This document shows, piece after piece, positions 49,025 through 62,683 of a DNA stretch of 64,000 nucleotides. Position 1 is the first letter of the stretch. Each line of letters opens with the position of its first letter. The notes beneath the pieces are model-generated. The model ran no database searches. It was not told where the DNA came from and worked only from the letters and a program-made list of their open reading frames with translations. Origin of the DNA: Nemertoderma westbladi (taxonomy: Eukaryota > Animalia > Xenacoelomorpha); the NCBI GenBank assembly GCA_032718475.1, contig JAUCBJ010007164.1, positions 1 through 64,000 of the forward strand, in the 5' to 3' direction. The position numbers and the translations under genes were made by a program.

Positions 49025-52000
49025 ATGTCTGACACAAAACGGGCACTGTCAGATAGTCTTTTGGAAGGTGTTAGAATCAGCCTTAGACTTGGACAGGGTC
49101 TTGAAAGGAAGATGGCAGAGGCAATGGCAACAGCAGAAGCGAAAAGAAAGGTGGCAGAGGCAATGGCAACAGTAGAAGCGGAAAGAAAGATAGAGACACC
49201 TGTACTCCCAGAACCTGCCTATAAATTCCCTTTGTACAGTACTAAATTACCTGTGCCCAGTAGGACTGTTCCCGAGTCCGAACCCATCCTGGACGCCGAG
49301 CGAGATATTAAGAATTTATCGCCCGTCGTCTCTCGCTCGCCCGCTACAACGTTGGCGACTCCCGCTTCGGCGGTTGAGTGGGTAGCTGAGGGACGACGGG
49401 AGATGGGTCTCCTGCTCGAGCAGCTGAGGGAACACTGTTTGTGCTCCTCTCAGCAGGTCCGGGAAATGGAAGAGACTGTTCAGCAGCTCAAGGGAACAGT
49501 AAGGGAAAGTAGGTTAGAGTTGCAAAAGGTGCAGCAAAGTATCGCGTTAGAATGCGATAAATTAGTGAACATACAAAGGGGTATAACACCACCCCCTGTA
49601 ACAATGTGTCAACCCGTTAGGTCTGAAGTATTTCATGCGCAAGGTGTGGAGCCTACACGCATCTATACTGCTAGTGAAGTAGAAACTCCTATAGTAAACC
49701 CTATTCAGGGTAATTATAGACCTGTTGATAATGATATTCCATATAGAACTGATCATAATCCGAGAAATTTATATACCGATAACTCGATATTAAATAGCAC
49801 GATGGCCCAAGAAAGTTTTACGCGTCAAATGGCTAGAACCGAAGCCCGGCAAGCGGTAAAGGTGGGAGAGATCGTTAAGTTCAATGGAGATGAGATGAAA
49901 TGGTTACCTTTTAATGAATATTACAAAGATAACATACAGAACTCTGTACTATCTAATGGAGAAAAACTTAGATACCTCATCGAGTGCTTGGAAGGATCTC
50001 CCAAGTTAATGGCGTTAAGGTTTATTGGACATCCAGACGGATTAGGACAAGTTTGGGATACACTAAACATCAGGTATGGTAATAGGAATAACATAGCTGG
50101 GTATTTGTATGCAAAGTTGGTAGCGCCCCGAAAGTTTATTAGCAGCGGGATTATAGAGTTTTCCGATGAAATTCAGGAGATCTGCAGACAATTAGATTGG
50201 CTAGGTAAGTCTCATGAGTATCAGAGTGCTATGGTTATTAGAGCAGTGGCTTCTGCTTTACCGAAGGGTGGAGTAGGTACACGCTGGGATAAGAAAGTGT
50301 TATATATGATGGAACAACAACGACGAGACCCTACCATGGCTGATCTCATGTCATTCTTAGATGGAGAAGTGAAATTACAGCTCCTAAGGCAGTCCAGAGA
50401 GAAGACATTGGAAAACAAGGTAAGTGAGAAACCCGTTTCTAGGAGAAGGGTAACACCAGTATGTTATACCGACGACGGTGAAAGCCAAACTTCTCAAGGA
50501 GAGGACAGCGGGAAAGACACTGACAGATCTTATTATGTCAATAAAATGCCTAAAGATCAGGTAAGTAAATCCGAGTCTCGACCCAATGACAGAAGGGAAC
50601 CGGTACAAAAAACCCTTCCTACGTCTCCTAAAAGAATTCAGGTGAGAAAGCCCGAGGAAAGAACAAGTGTGCACCACATAGCACAGGTTAAAGTAAGTAA
50701 CATCAAGCCGAAATGTGTGCTGTGAGACGGGCCCCACCGTTTAAATGCGTGTGATAAATTCCTGAGGAAATCACTAAAGGATAGACGTGAAGTCATGTGG
50801 GATAAGCGGTTGTGTTATAATTGCCTCAGACGAGGACACCAACGGCGAACCTGTAACTCCGACGCAAGGTGTGCACAGTGCGGCGCAAAACATCATGTCT
50901 TGTTGCACACGGAATTTGAACGAAACAGCCCGAGTCAGGTAAGTGAGTCCGAACTACATGTCCAATTCAGTGATGTGAACGACACTGATCAATCTGAGAT
51001 GGAAGGATTCTATACGGACGAGTTCTCCGACCAAAACGAATCCTGTTACCTAATAAACACCACCGCAGTGTATCGAGCACTCGTGTATGAAAAAGACACA
51101 GACAGCGACCTCACCCTAACTACTTCAGATCAACAACCATCTTGGAAAGCGCCAACTTCCAATATAGGAATCCGAGAATTTCCTGTAGTCCAGTTACGGG
51201 TCCACGGACCTCAGAAGAGCTATATAGTGAACGCCCTCCTGGACTCCGGTAGCACAGGAACATTCATCGATAAAGAACTAGCCGAAGTCATCTTTGCTGG
51301 ACAACCCAAGTTCCGAACCAAGCTAAACATGTCAGGAATCATGCAAGTTTGGAAATCTACAGTAACAGCTGATTATTATGTAGGCGCGTTGTCCACCCCC
51401 CAGGACGAACTAGGAGAACATAGCATAAGGTCAGTGAAAATGGTGGCTATAAAGAACTTCGCTACTACTCAAGCAGACCTTTATAATTGGGACGAGGATG
51501 AGAGCATCCAACATCTTAACATACCTCGATTCCAGACTGATTATCCTGGAGTGCAAATACTCATCGGCCAAAACGCGCATGAGGCGCTGGAGACATTAGA
51601 GAAACGACCTGCTCAACCGCAGCCACTACAGACCTATGCGGTAAGAACTAGAGTAGGTTGGTACCTTACTGGACCTTCCCGTAGAACGCTCAGGGAAAGA
51701 CTGCTTCAAGATCGCGTCTGCCAGGTGAGTGAATGGGAAGATGATACTAGTGAGGGAGACGACCCAACTGAGGGAACACCACACTCCTCAGATAATGACA
51801 ATCTTAGCTCCAATGTAGATCAATGGAGATATTGCCCCAAGAAGTTTAATCCAACGGACATCGCTTCCAGAGGAGCAACTCCTCAAGAACTGACAGATAC
51901 TATAGACCGGTTAGGTGAACCCGACTTCCTGAGTAAGGAGAATGAATGGCCTCCCCATCTTACTCCGACTGAGATTAGACCAGCCAAGGGAGCGGAGAAA

Positions 52001-52453
52001 GTCGAACCTGAAACCCGGACGGGTGGATCGGAGTTATTTGAACCCGGGATAGATCTGTCGGTATTACATGTTGCCAGGGACGACGCCGTGGATCTGGGCC
52101 TCCCCACCGCGAGTGGATTCTTCATGAAGATCAGAGAGAGCGATTGGAGCTCTGGAACATCAGACGTCTCGCAGGGACTCTCACCTCTCCTGCAGAGAGC
52201 GACGGACCACTATAGCTCCTGGAATCGGCTTTGTGACGCCGTCATATACTTTGAGCGATGTTTCTATCGTCACTATTCCAGGACGAAGAGGAAACCTGGA
52301 ATTGTATTCAGGATGCAACGACTCAATCACCCAGTCGGTCGTTTGTGTTTACCGGAAGGGAATGGAGGACTCTCCGGAAACTGTGGAAGGCAAGATTCTC
52401 ATCCCACGACCACCTCCCTAATCCTTCAAACATCTAGGGACTCCATAACGTAA
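49025..52453 (+). pseudogene. E2 Gag-protease reading frame with in-frame deletions of RT/RH and IN; one internal TGA (50723-50725)
   Basis: ORFs 49025-50725 and 50795-52453 share a frame, and the TGA replaces a TGC (Cys) of E1. Junctions near 51800 and 52289 skip E1 about 19020-20779 and 21272-22668. Confidence 0.9.
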
Positions 52454-54110
52454 CAACATATGGAGTGGGCGTGTGACTCTATTATTTTATATTATTTTAT
52501 TATTTTTATATTTACGTATGTATTACTATGTAATTTTATTATAATCGTTTTCTTTAATTTTATTCAGTAGAATGTTATTTTAGAGATTATTTAGTAGATT
52601 AGTGCAATATATTCGTGTTTATTGCGTACGTAATTACGTATATATTATATTTAGTGCGACGGCAAGAAATAATTCTTTTCCTTCTTCCTTACTGTCCGTA
52701 TTACATTACAAATACGTAACTACAGTAAGATGAAATGTCCGTACTTATTAAAGTACAATAAAGCCACTACTATATTTAAGTATTATTGGTAGGCAGAGTA
52801 TTAGGAATGCAAAGTTCAGATCCTCGTGTCTCGGCTAAACCAAGCTCTGGGTAGACCTTGGAAACGACTTGCCTCTTCACACTGACATTGCTTCGTGCGA
52901 TATTGCTCTCATACCGTATATTAAATAATACATATAGTAGCGTGATGTCCCTTTAACAGTAGCGTATCACGCAAAATAAATCTGTTAAACCCTTTGACCA
53001 TCTGTCATTCTAGTCGATTAAGATATCGCGGCACCCACCGATATACTTGAAAGACAAATTCTAGAATCAGTGGTTAACGTCCCCAGACAAGTTCTGGAAT
53101 AAATTGGTGCCCATCTCAAATATTAATTATTTAATATTTGCAAATCTAATAAATCAAATCTGTAAAATTCAGATCCTTCAACAATTCTAGTCAATTAAGA
53201 TATCGTAGCATTTACCGATATTCTTAAAAAAGACAATTGTCATAGAATTAAGGATCTTGTGTCCCTAGACATGTTCTAGAATCAAAATATGTCCATTTAA
53301 TTATCAAATAATAAAATTTCAGGGAATAAATTTAAATTCATGCCTTTTAATGAATTTAATAAATTGCCATTTTTACGCAATTTATAAAGTTCCCAAAATT
53401 CCATTAATTAATAGATCAAGGGAGCGGAGATTTATCTTATCATGCGTATGAGTGTGTGAAAGTCTCCCAAACATAGTCAATAGCCGATAAAATTCATAAA
53501 GTCATGTATAAAACAGAACATTGACTATTAAAGAATACTATTAAATAACATCCCAGATCTGTATGCATTGGAATCACCCTAATTCTACCGCTAGCTTTGC
53601 ATAATGTCACCATAGCAACAACCACGCTAGAATTAGAATTGAGTTAAAAGAACAATAGAAAGCTTGTCCCATTGAATAGCATAGGGAATAAATAGCGCAC
53701 TACTAGTATCCAAGGATACATAATAATACAGTGACATTCTGGAAGGCATTGACTAACGGACAAATGGCCCGAATGTGTGTAATTTGTGACAAGTTGTGTG
53801 TGTGGTATTTGTGAGTTTATAGGTGAATGTTACTGCTAAAGTGTGTTTACAGTAGCTAGTCGCAATCGTAAAAGTAACCTAACTCTCCAAGGAAAACCTG
53901 AAGTACATCTAAGCCTTTGGGACGGACAGTTGAGTGACTTGTGCCGGTTGTCGTTGTCGTTGTGCGGCTACGTCGTTGGCGAAAGTACAGCGGCGACGAC
54001 ACATCGGCGCTGAGGATCTCGTACTGTCCGGGGGTTGATTGGGGTAGGCAGCGACGCTCGCTAGCCTAAATATGAACTCATTATAATATGGATAAACTCA
54101 TATAGCAGAT

Positions 54111-55344
54111 ATGGTTGAGTTGATAGAAGATGATCTTGGTATCGGGGAGCGATATACTCTACTTTTACAAGCGTTTGTTGATAGCTTAATACGCGGCGAC
54201 GTTAGTCCAACTGCTGCGGAGGACGATGGTCGTTATATCGAACCGCCAATGTCCCAAGAGCAGCTCACGCGTGAGTTGGACTATAGAAAATTCGCTGCTC
54301 GATATACGCAGCGTAATGGTATGTATATGGGCTTCTTAACTACTGGTCATCCTATCGATGTTCGAATGAAATTCGAATGCGAAAATTCTATTCGAAATCG
54401 ACTCGAAAGAAAAGACACTAAAGAAACAAATGGACGCGGTAACTCCAACGTATATTTGGAATTCTTGATAGAAGCATTGTAACAACAAATAAATATCACC
54501 CGCGTTTACCCTACCAGACGTGCGTCTTTGGTATTATTACGATAAATGCCCTAGACCCAACTAATAAACGGAAAGACATAAACATCCACGTAAACCGAAA
54601 CTTGTTGAAGTATCACCCATGCTCACTCGGCTCGAACGATCCTGGAGTAAACCTACGATCAGAGTCCCGGAATACTCGGTCAAACCTCTTCATTCCTTAG
54701 TTGGACCTCAGACCTGCGATCCTGGTGGTGTCGCGGATCCTCGCGGACTGTATTCACTGTTCAAGATCTAGTGCTACCCTAACAATTAATCGGTAACACT
54801 CCGACAGTGATTTCTAGCTAGCCGCCCATCTTACCTAGCCGGATTGTGACGCGGACACCTAATATCACTATCCAACCGTATGGTCGTCCCCGTTTAACGC
54901 GATACAACCCCTCATCAAGGTGAAGGAGAGCGTTGTACGAAACGAGTTAAACGCTATTCTATAAAGATCAAAAAAGAAACCTGCGTTTGTTCAGATAAAC
55001 GTAAGTTATAACAGTAAGTCCAATCGATAAACGAATTGGCCTTATCTCAATTCGATTGGGAAATCCAGAATCTCTAAGAAGTTATCGAACTTGGACGATC
55101 CTATTCTCTGCGAGAGTTTTTGGATGAACGTATCCAGCTACGAGCGGAGGAAAATCAGCTCGAGGAGAAGCATATCGAAACGGCAGATACCTCGACCATA
55201 AACCTACACCTTCTGATGCAATCATATTGCATCCTTCACCCAGGAGTTATGGCCCTCCTAGTAAAGTGGCTCCCCCCAAAGAGAAAAAGACTCTTGCTAG
55301 CCTCAAAAAACTGCGTAAACGCCGTCTGCGTAAGAAAGACTAAC
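54111..55344 (+). pseudogene. E2 ORF3 remnant (stops and indels; exonuclease and zinc-knuckle region deleted)
   Basis: MVELIEDDLGI matches E1 MTELIEDDLGI. The junction near 55180 skips E1 about 25810-28548. Confidence 0.88.
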
Positions 55345-55421
55345 TGTTTAGAGTATCTTTATGTTTTAGAAACTGTGATTTTTATATTTTATAGACTGAA
55401 AATCCCATTTTCTGGGAGCGG

Positions 55422-56660
55422 TGTAAAAGCTTTTGCTGAATTGTCCGGTTATTTTTCCTTATTTTTCCCGTAAAATACTCTGTAGTTGGTTTACCAGGCA
55501 TAAAAAGGCCGTGTCCTTGCTGTACTGGTGTTTTAGCGGACATAAAAGCTATTTCTTTTGTACTTTAGTATTTAACTTTAATTAACTTGTATTTGTACTT
55601 TAGAGGACATAATCCGTAATTCCGTGACGTAAAAGCTCGATACTCTTGAAAACAGTGTCGCTACCATGACGACGGCTAGCAGCTGATATTGCCACGTCGA
55701 CGTTTCTTTGTTTCTTTGTTCTCTCGTTGTTCAGGTTGACCAATCAGAGCGTTTGTTGTCTCTGTGTTGGAGGTATACAGAAACTCAGTAGTTCAGTGTT
55801 ATGTTTTGCCCAGAGCCTAAGAACCGGCTTTTGGCACCTCCGTGTTTTCAGTTTTTAGTCCTACACTAGTAGGCTTAATTATAAGAACATATATCCGTTA
55901 TCACTGATGTCTGATGACTGATGTCTGCATACTGCATACTGCAGTACTGCATACACTGCATACTGTGTAACACTGTGCATACTTTATATTGTTATACTGC
56001 TATTTACTGTCAGTTCTTCATAATATGGTTGATGAATTATTATATTTGGAATAACGACAAATAACCCCGAAAACCCAATATTCTTGATATACCGAAGGTA
56101 AGAGAGAAAGGTTACAGATAAATGATTGCGACCTATGTTGAGTGGTTTGAAGTGAATCTAATGTTATTTGATAGACCCTACATGATTCGGTCCGTGTTCC
56201 TTTTATATGTGACTAAAATCAGTGAAGATCGGCAGATCAGTGTGCAGTATTGTGCAGCATTGTGTATGAGTGAGACTGATAACGAAGCATTTCCTAAAGA
56301 ATGCGCCATATATGTGAATTGTAACTAAGCCATATCGTTGTGAGTAGTTTAAGTCATAACTCTTTTTATATAGATAGAGCGCCACGTCCTAAAGGAACTG
56401 TTAATATTTCCCGAAGGTGAATAATATTGTCAGAGATTATATAATACTGTCAGTCGAATAATACATTAGGCTTACATAGCAATAAAATTAAGCCGTCGAA
56501 CCCAATCTCCCGGGTATATCCAGCGGGTGAATGATCGCGCACAGATTGGTTTCGACTAGTGTAGTGAATTAAATACTTGTCATAGACTAAAGGTGATTTA
56601 TTATCTAGAAGACATCCTAATTTGGCGGGTTAAACTGCCAAAGGTCTGAAAGCGCGAACA
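55422..56660 (+). repeat. E2 3' LTR (1239 bp)
   Basis: Copy of the 5' LTR with about 27 extra bp near 55560-55590, followed by TSD GCGCA. Confidence 0.96.
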
Positions 56661-56665
56661 GCGCA

Positions 56666-57896
56666 CTATGTACGTGCCGTCACTCGCCAGACCACTACCA
56701 CAATTGCCGGTGGCGACAGTGCCGCACTCACGGACCCAGTACTTACCAAACTGTCGAGCATAGCAGCTGCTGACCCCCTATATATGGAACTCATTTGCGC
56801 CGTCGAGCAGGGTTTCCAGCCAGAGTCCCGTACGAAACCCGGCGGCTTACAATACTGGTCTACGCACAACCAGTTGACCACCTCGGATGGTCTGGTGCTA
56901 TTGGGCCACCGTATCGTGATACCATTTGCTGCCCGCAAGGACACCCTATCCCAACTGCACGCATCCCACCAAGGCATCGAAAAAACAATCCGCCGTGCTC
57001 GCCAATGTGTTTATTGGCCCGGAATAACTAATGACATTAAACAAACTGTGGCGCAATGCCACACCTGCCTCGAGATGCGTCCATCTCAGATCCAGGAACC
57101 TTACCCGACCCGTCCTTTCGAAGATATTAGCGGAGATTTCTTCATGCTGAGTGGGAAGAACTATCTCGCCTTGGTGGACCGGTATTCCGGGTGGCCCGAC
57201 ATCGTTAAATTCAATACGCCACCTGACGCCACACATACAATTATGGCTCTAAAGAACTGGTTTGTCCAATACGGCGTTCCAACACGGTTACGATCAGACG
57301 GAGGCACGCAATTTACTGCTCGTGCGTTCACTCAATTCCTGAGTAACTGGGGTGTTAAACCCGTCACTTCCTCCGCTGAATACCCTCAGGGCAACGGGCA
57401 TGCTGAGGCCGCGGTCAAGGCCCTTAAACGTCTCCTTGACAAGTCGGGTGGCAACATTGATAGCGATGCTTTCCGCGACGGCCTCTTAGAATTGCGTAAC
57501 GGGCCCCGAGAAACCGGTTTATCACCTGCTGAAGTGGTGTTTGGCCATCCATTACGATCGCGCGTACCAGCTCATCACTCAGCGTTTTCTACCCAAGTCC
57601 AACAAACCCGGACACTTCTAGACGAGACATTGCCAAGTGTCCAAAATAAACGCATTGCAAGATACAACCGACGCTCTCGTAGCCTGCCTGAAATAACTGT
57701 TGGAACCCCCATAATTATTCAGAACCAAAAGACACGGCGATGGGATCGGCGCGGAATAGTCGCGGAGGCAGGTGAGAACCGCAAGTTTTCCATCCAGACA
57801 CCATCCGGACGTGTTCTCATCCGGAATAGGAGACTAATTATTCTGGACACTTTCATCCGAAAATCCAAACCCAGCTTCACCACCCCCTCCGGATAG
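56666..57896 (+). CDS. Gypsy integrase (continuation of pol after E2)
   Basis: HASHQG..YWPGI..CHTC zinc finger, ISGDFF, LRSDGGTQF, GNGHAEAAVK, SPAEVVFG and RNRR. Confidence 0.92.
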
Positions 57897-58347
57897 TTCA
57901 CCCGAGTTATCATCACATTCCCGGCGAGACCCCTCGGTTACAGAAGCTGAGGTGGGTCCAAGATATGGAAATCGTTCTCGGACACCGGGCTCTGAATCTG
58001 TACCTGGCCCAACCGAAATTCGGAATCGCTATCCGGATCGAAATCGGAAAATTCCGGACAGATTTGGCTCAACACCAGGCGTGGCCACAATACGTACGAA
58101 ATCCCAACCCGGATCTACAGCGCGGCCCCTCACAAGTTATATTCATAAAACTTTTCACACTTTTCTGGTGAACAAGGCTCCACTTAAATGGGAAACTTAG
58201 TAGGCGCGTAGTGTCTCTATCCGAAAAGTATACGAGACGGGTCAAACCCAAACTATGAGTAAAAACTGATAGACCCAGAATTCACATCGGTTTTAGTTCG
58301 CACTAAGCTCGGTGCTACATATGGGTTGCAACGAGCTCGAAGGGGGG

Positions 58348-58634
58348 TGTCGTATTATGCACAATGACTACGATGTATAAAAGCACATCACGGATATATG
58401 GCTCGCCCCAGAGGATCAACTATCAGACTGCCTGATCTGAACCCTTGGACAGATATCAGTAGTCACTAGTCAGTAGTAACGTACACGGAGTATGCTTATA
58501 GAGCATTCCTCCGCCCACTAATGTACTAAGTGAGTTACCGGTACGTAGGACATAGCATGTAAAGTTACCCGGTATGCATATTTTATTATCGTTGTGTCAA
58601 TATAAATGGAGCAATGAGGATTATAACAACAACA
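58348..58634 (+). repeat. Gypsy 3' LTR (about 287 bp)
   Basis: TGTCG..AACAACA after the PPT GAAGGGGGG. The 3' half matches 32741-32887. Confidence 0.85.
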
Positions 58635-58639
58635 TATTA

Positions 58640-58762
58640 ACTAAAAAAAAATAGTTAAAAAAAGTAAAAAATTCGTTAAAAAAGTAAAAATTCGTTAAAA
58701 AAAAGTAAAAATTTGTTAAAAAAAAAGTAAACAATTAGTTAAAAAAGTAAAAATTTCGTTAA
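58640..58762. repeat. A-rich tandem repeat of about 21 bp (AAAAAAGTAAAAATTCGTT), 5-6 copies
   Basis: Visible degenerate tandem units. Confidence 0.8.
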
Positions 58763-60319
58763 CCCTCCCCCGGTAACGTGGGGTAAAATAATACCCCACC
58801 CCAAGCGGATAAATTTTGATAGTTTTCGACAATCTCTTATTACAGTATTATCTGATTATGTATGTCCAGCTTCATAGTACTGTAGTATCTTCCAAAAAAA
58901 ACTTGTAATCTACCGATTGTGTGGGTCAAACCCATAAAATGTTGTTTATTGAAAAATGTTATGGCCCTTTAATTTGAAAACAACTTAGTTATAGGTACAA
59001 GCGACAAGATGGGGTATAAAAATACCCCATTTGTTGCTGTATTTGGTATTGAATAAATGTTATGGTGATCGTTTAGTGGTGCTTTGTGACTCATTTTGGT
59101 TTCATTCGAACCACAATGGTCGATTTAGTTGTACTAGACACTAGACAGCTAGAGGCTGAGAGGTAATGCTCGATCGGAGCTCCGGCTCCGGCCATTTTGG
59201 CACCTCCGGCTCCGGTAAAAATATTGCCGGAGTTAATTTTTTAATAAAGTATTATATTTCGTGCATATTCTAATCTGAACAATTATTTACACTATAAGTA
59301 CTGTCAGACTGTAGTACAGCTTCAATATCAAGCATAATACTGCAGTATTTACTTAAAGTCAATGACTGACTGACTGTACTGCAGTAGGCCTACTGGCAGA
59401 CTGGTACTGGCCTGCTGGCTGACTGGCCAGCTGGCTGACTATTTACAGGTAGGCCCTACTGTAAAAAAATTGTAAATGCTATGATTGTACACTGTACCAC
59501 TGCAGCCATTTACTGCTGTCATGCAGTCATGCCAGCATACTGTATGTACTGCAGTACTGGCAGACTGGTACACGTACTGACGTACGGTAGGCTACCTACA
59601 GTACACTACACACCTCAACCACAGTCTGAGAAGTTAGTGAGTTAGGTACTGTAGGTAATTTTTAGCCGTCAGCGTCAGGCCGTCTGTCCGTGATAAATCA
59701 GTCGGTGAGAAGTCAAAAATTGGACTTGAGTCCAAAATTGGACTTCGACTCCAGTTCAAGTCCTTTTAACTAATTTTCTGAAAATTTGTGAAAGAAAGTC
59801 AGATTAATTAATTAACTCAATTTTAAAAATATTAGTGAGAAAAAGAGCCTTTTTCAAAGAAATATTTTTTTAATATTAACAATTTTGATGTTGCATTCTT
59901 GCATTTACATTTATTATGTAGATTCAAGGTACCGGTAAGCTTTGAAACACTCAAACTTCAGAACTTGTAAAATAGGAATGCAAAATTGTTCTTATGAGCT
60001 GCGCGATTTTTTGAGATATGCATGACATATAATACTGTAATAGGCCTACTAAGACTAACATGAGCTGCTCGATTGTGTATGGATTATGATGTGGTGGGGG
60101 ACATCGACCGTTTTTTTAAATTTTTTGTTTATTTTACTCAGATCAGCAGATGACTGACTAATAGTACGTCAAATATAGTTTCAGAAATTTTTGGGGAATT
60201 ATTTATTGTCCGGTCTGCCGGTTGTAGAACTGAGTCAGAAACCGGTGTATTTTTGCAATGTTTTTTTCCAATGCGATAGATTACCGAAAATTGCATACAC
60301 TGTTTTGTACAATGACCAG

Positions 60320-60960
60320 TCAACAATCTAGTTAAAAATTGGGTGTCAAATATTCGTGATATTTTATACACTATTGGTTATAATAACTATGTGTGGGATC
60401 AGCAATCAGTTGATGTGCTGGCAAGACATTTTATTTCGAAAATCAAATTGCGGCTACAGGACCAATACAAACAGTTGTGGTGGAGTGAAATTGGTAATAG
60501 CTCGAAGGGTAACCTTTATTTTGTTTCACATTTTGGTGCAATACCATACCTTGATACATTACCTTTACAATCACATAATACTGCGCAAACGCATCTCACA
60601 GATTCGGTGTTCATCTCATCAGTTAGACTGTTAGAAGTTGAGCGTCGTCGTTGGTACAATGTAGAATGCTCCAACCGATTTTGTCAAATGTGCAATAACA
60701 ATAGTATAGAAGATGAGTTTCATTTCCTTTTAGAATGCAGTGCTTATGGCAGTATGGCTTACTCAGAGTTGAGAGTAAAGTATCTTGGAAATTACTTCTC
60801 AAGGTACCCCACCAAATTAAAATTATCCCAATTATATGCATGTTTATATAAAGACTCTGCTAAAAAAATGGTGAATCTAGGCTTATTTATAATTTATGCT
60901 TTTTTGAGAAGAAACACTTTATTAATTAATTACGTGCTCATTATAAATTTCAATTTCTAA
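60320..60960 (+). mobile_element. Non-LTR retrotransposon (CR1/L2-group) ORF2 C-terminal fragment
   Basis: WVSNIRDIL..IKLRLQDQYKQLWW..SSKGNLYF..RFCQMCNNNSIEDEFHFLLEC. Homologous to the fragment at 30680-31350. Confidence 0.8.
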
Positions 60961-61491
60961 ATAATCGATATTATTACTATAATAATGGTTGAACGGTTTA
61001 TTGTTTATATTTGCTCTGCTGGGCCATGCAGCCATTCTGTTATATTATAATCCGGTACGGTAATTGTATTTAATAATGTATAAATTCATGTCTAGTCTAA
61101 TTTAAGTACTGTATAGTGTATACTGTCAGACTGTAGTTGTGCAATTTTAAGTAGACCCTTAATTGGGTAGGTACAGTTAATTGATTAAATATACTACTAC
61201 TATTAATGTTAATTACATTGCAATATAATTAAGGATCAAAGCAATATACACTTTTATTGACTCTTACATCTTACAACCGTAACGTCTAAATGTAAATATA
61301 AATTAAAATATGAATTACCGGTAATATTAAATTATTAGCCTACTGTATTTATGCCTAAACTGCTAAATTATCAGATTATATTTATATATTTGGTTTATGT
61401 TGGTTGACCTGCTCCTATACCGGCAGAGCGGCTATGATACTCTCGTAAAATGTTAAATTGAATTAGTGAAGAACTGACTTTCGGCGTCACA

Positions 61492-62683
61492 ATGAACGTT
61501 GATTCAAACTCCGTCCGCCGTAGAGAACTATCATCATCTTCCTACCCAGGGGAGAACCACTCTGTTGCCTCAATGCCACCTGTTGCCGCTGCGACACGCC
61601 CAGACTACTACCGCCACAACGGTGGCGCCACAATGAGTCTCAGTAACTATGACTCGGCGGCTGTTGTTAACGACTCCACTTTGCAGCGCGCCTCCTACTC
61701 CATGTCCAACTCTCGCGGTGTCGGTATGGACGAGCGACCGATCTATCTGAACCGCGATCAATCCAATGCAAGTAGCCACTCGGGTGGCAAATTAATCCCA
61801 TTGAGAATTCTACTACTGGACGGCACTGCGCCGGTGTTCGATCTGCCCGCGAAATCGACCGGACGCGCGATTCTCGAAACAGTCTTCGACCACCTCGACC
61901 TCGTAGAAGCAGATTACTTCGGGCTGCAATACGCTGCCGATTACTCCGGAAGTATCTATTGGCTCGACCCCGATAAAATAATCTCGAAACAAGTAAAGAA
62001 CCCGTCGAGTATTCTATTCCGTTTCGCCGTCAAGTTTTACATCCCGGATCCGGGGCAACTCCACGACGACTTTACTAAATATATATTCGCGTTACAAATT
62101 AAACGCGACTTGTCCGTCGGTCTGCTGCCCTGCGGGGAGTCAACCGCGGCCCTGATGGCCAGCTTTATCGTACAAGCCGCAATCGGGGACTACAACGACA
62201 ATCTCCACAGCTACATCTACCTCGCCCACTTCAAGTTCATCCCGGAGCAGACGGAGGAGTTCCTTAAGCGCGTGGTTGAGTACCACAAGGAGCACGTTGG
62301 TCAATCGAGTGAGGACGCGGATTACAATCTGCTTGACATCGCGCGGCGGTTAGAGATGTACGGGTTGCGTCTCCATCCCGTGCAGGATTACGATGGGGTG
62401 CTCCTCCACGTGGCAATCAACCACAGTGGCATCATCGTCTTCCAACTGCACCAACGCATAAACCACTTCAACTGGGCGAAGATCCGTAAACTTACGTTTA
62501 AAAAGCGATACTTTGTTGTAAAGCTGCACGCTGAAACCTCTGGTTACTATAAGAACCGGGTTCTGTTCCTCATGTCTTCTCGGAACGCATGCAAACAGTT
62601 CTGGAAGGATTGTGTGGAACATCACGCATTCTTTCGACTCACTAGAAGTCTTCCTCAACGTAAAAGAAATGTCTTTGCTAAAG
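61492..62683 (+). CDS. First coding exon of a FARP/Cdep-like FERM-domain protein (gene probably continues after the intron)
   Basis: Complete FERM N/M/C region: LLDG..LDLVEADYFGLQY..WLDPDK..FAVKFY.PDPGQL..ALQIKRDL..ARRLEMYG..FNWAKIRKLTFKK..FWKDCVEHHAFFRL, closest to the FARP1/2/FRMD7 pattern. It ends at a strong donor AG|GTAAGT (intron starts 62684). Confidence 0.88.

Larger units (their letters stand above)
45516..56660 (+). mobile_element. BEL/Pao LTR retrotransposon E2, non-autonomous deletion derivative related to E1, 11,145 bp
   Basis: LTRs at 45516-46725 and 55422-56660, TSD GCGCA (45511-45515 and 56661-56665). Collinear with E1 but lacks RT, most of RNase H, integrase and most of ORF3. 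Confidence 0.96.
32741..58634 (+). mobile_element. Gypsy/Ty3 LTR retrotransposon (Mag-clade-like), defective, hosting the foldback element and BEL/Pao E2
   Basis: 5'-truncated 5' LTR (32741-32887), tRNA PBS, gag-PR-RT-IN pieces that rejoin across both insertions, PPT GAAGGGGGG and a 3' LTR (58348-58634). Confidence 0.9.
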
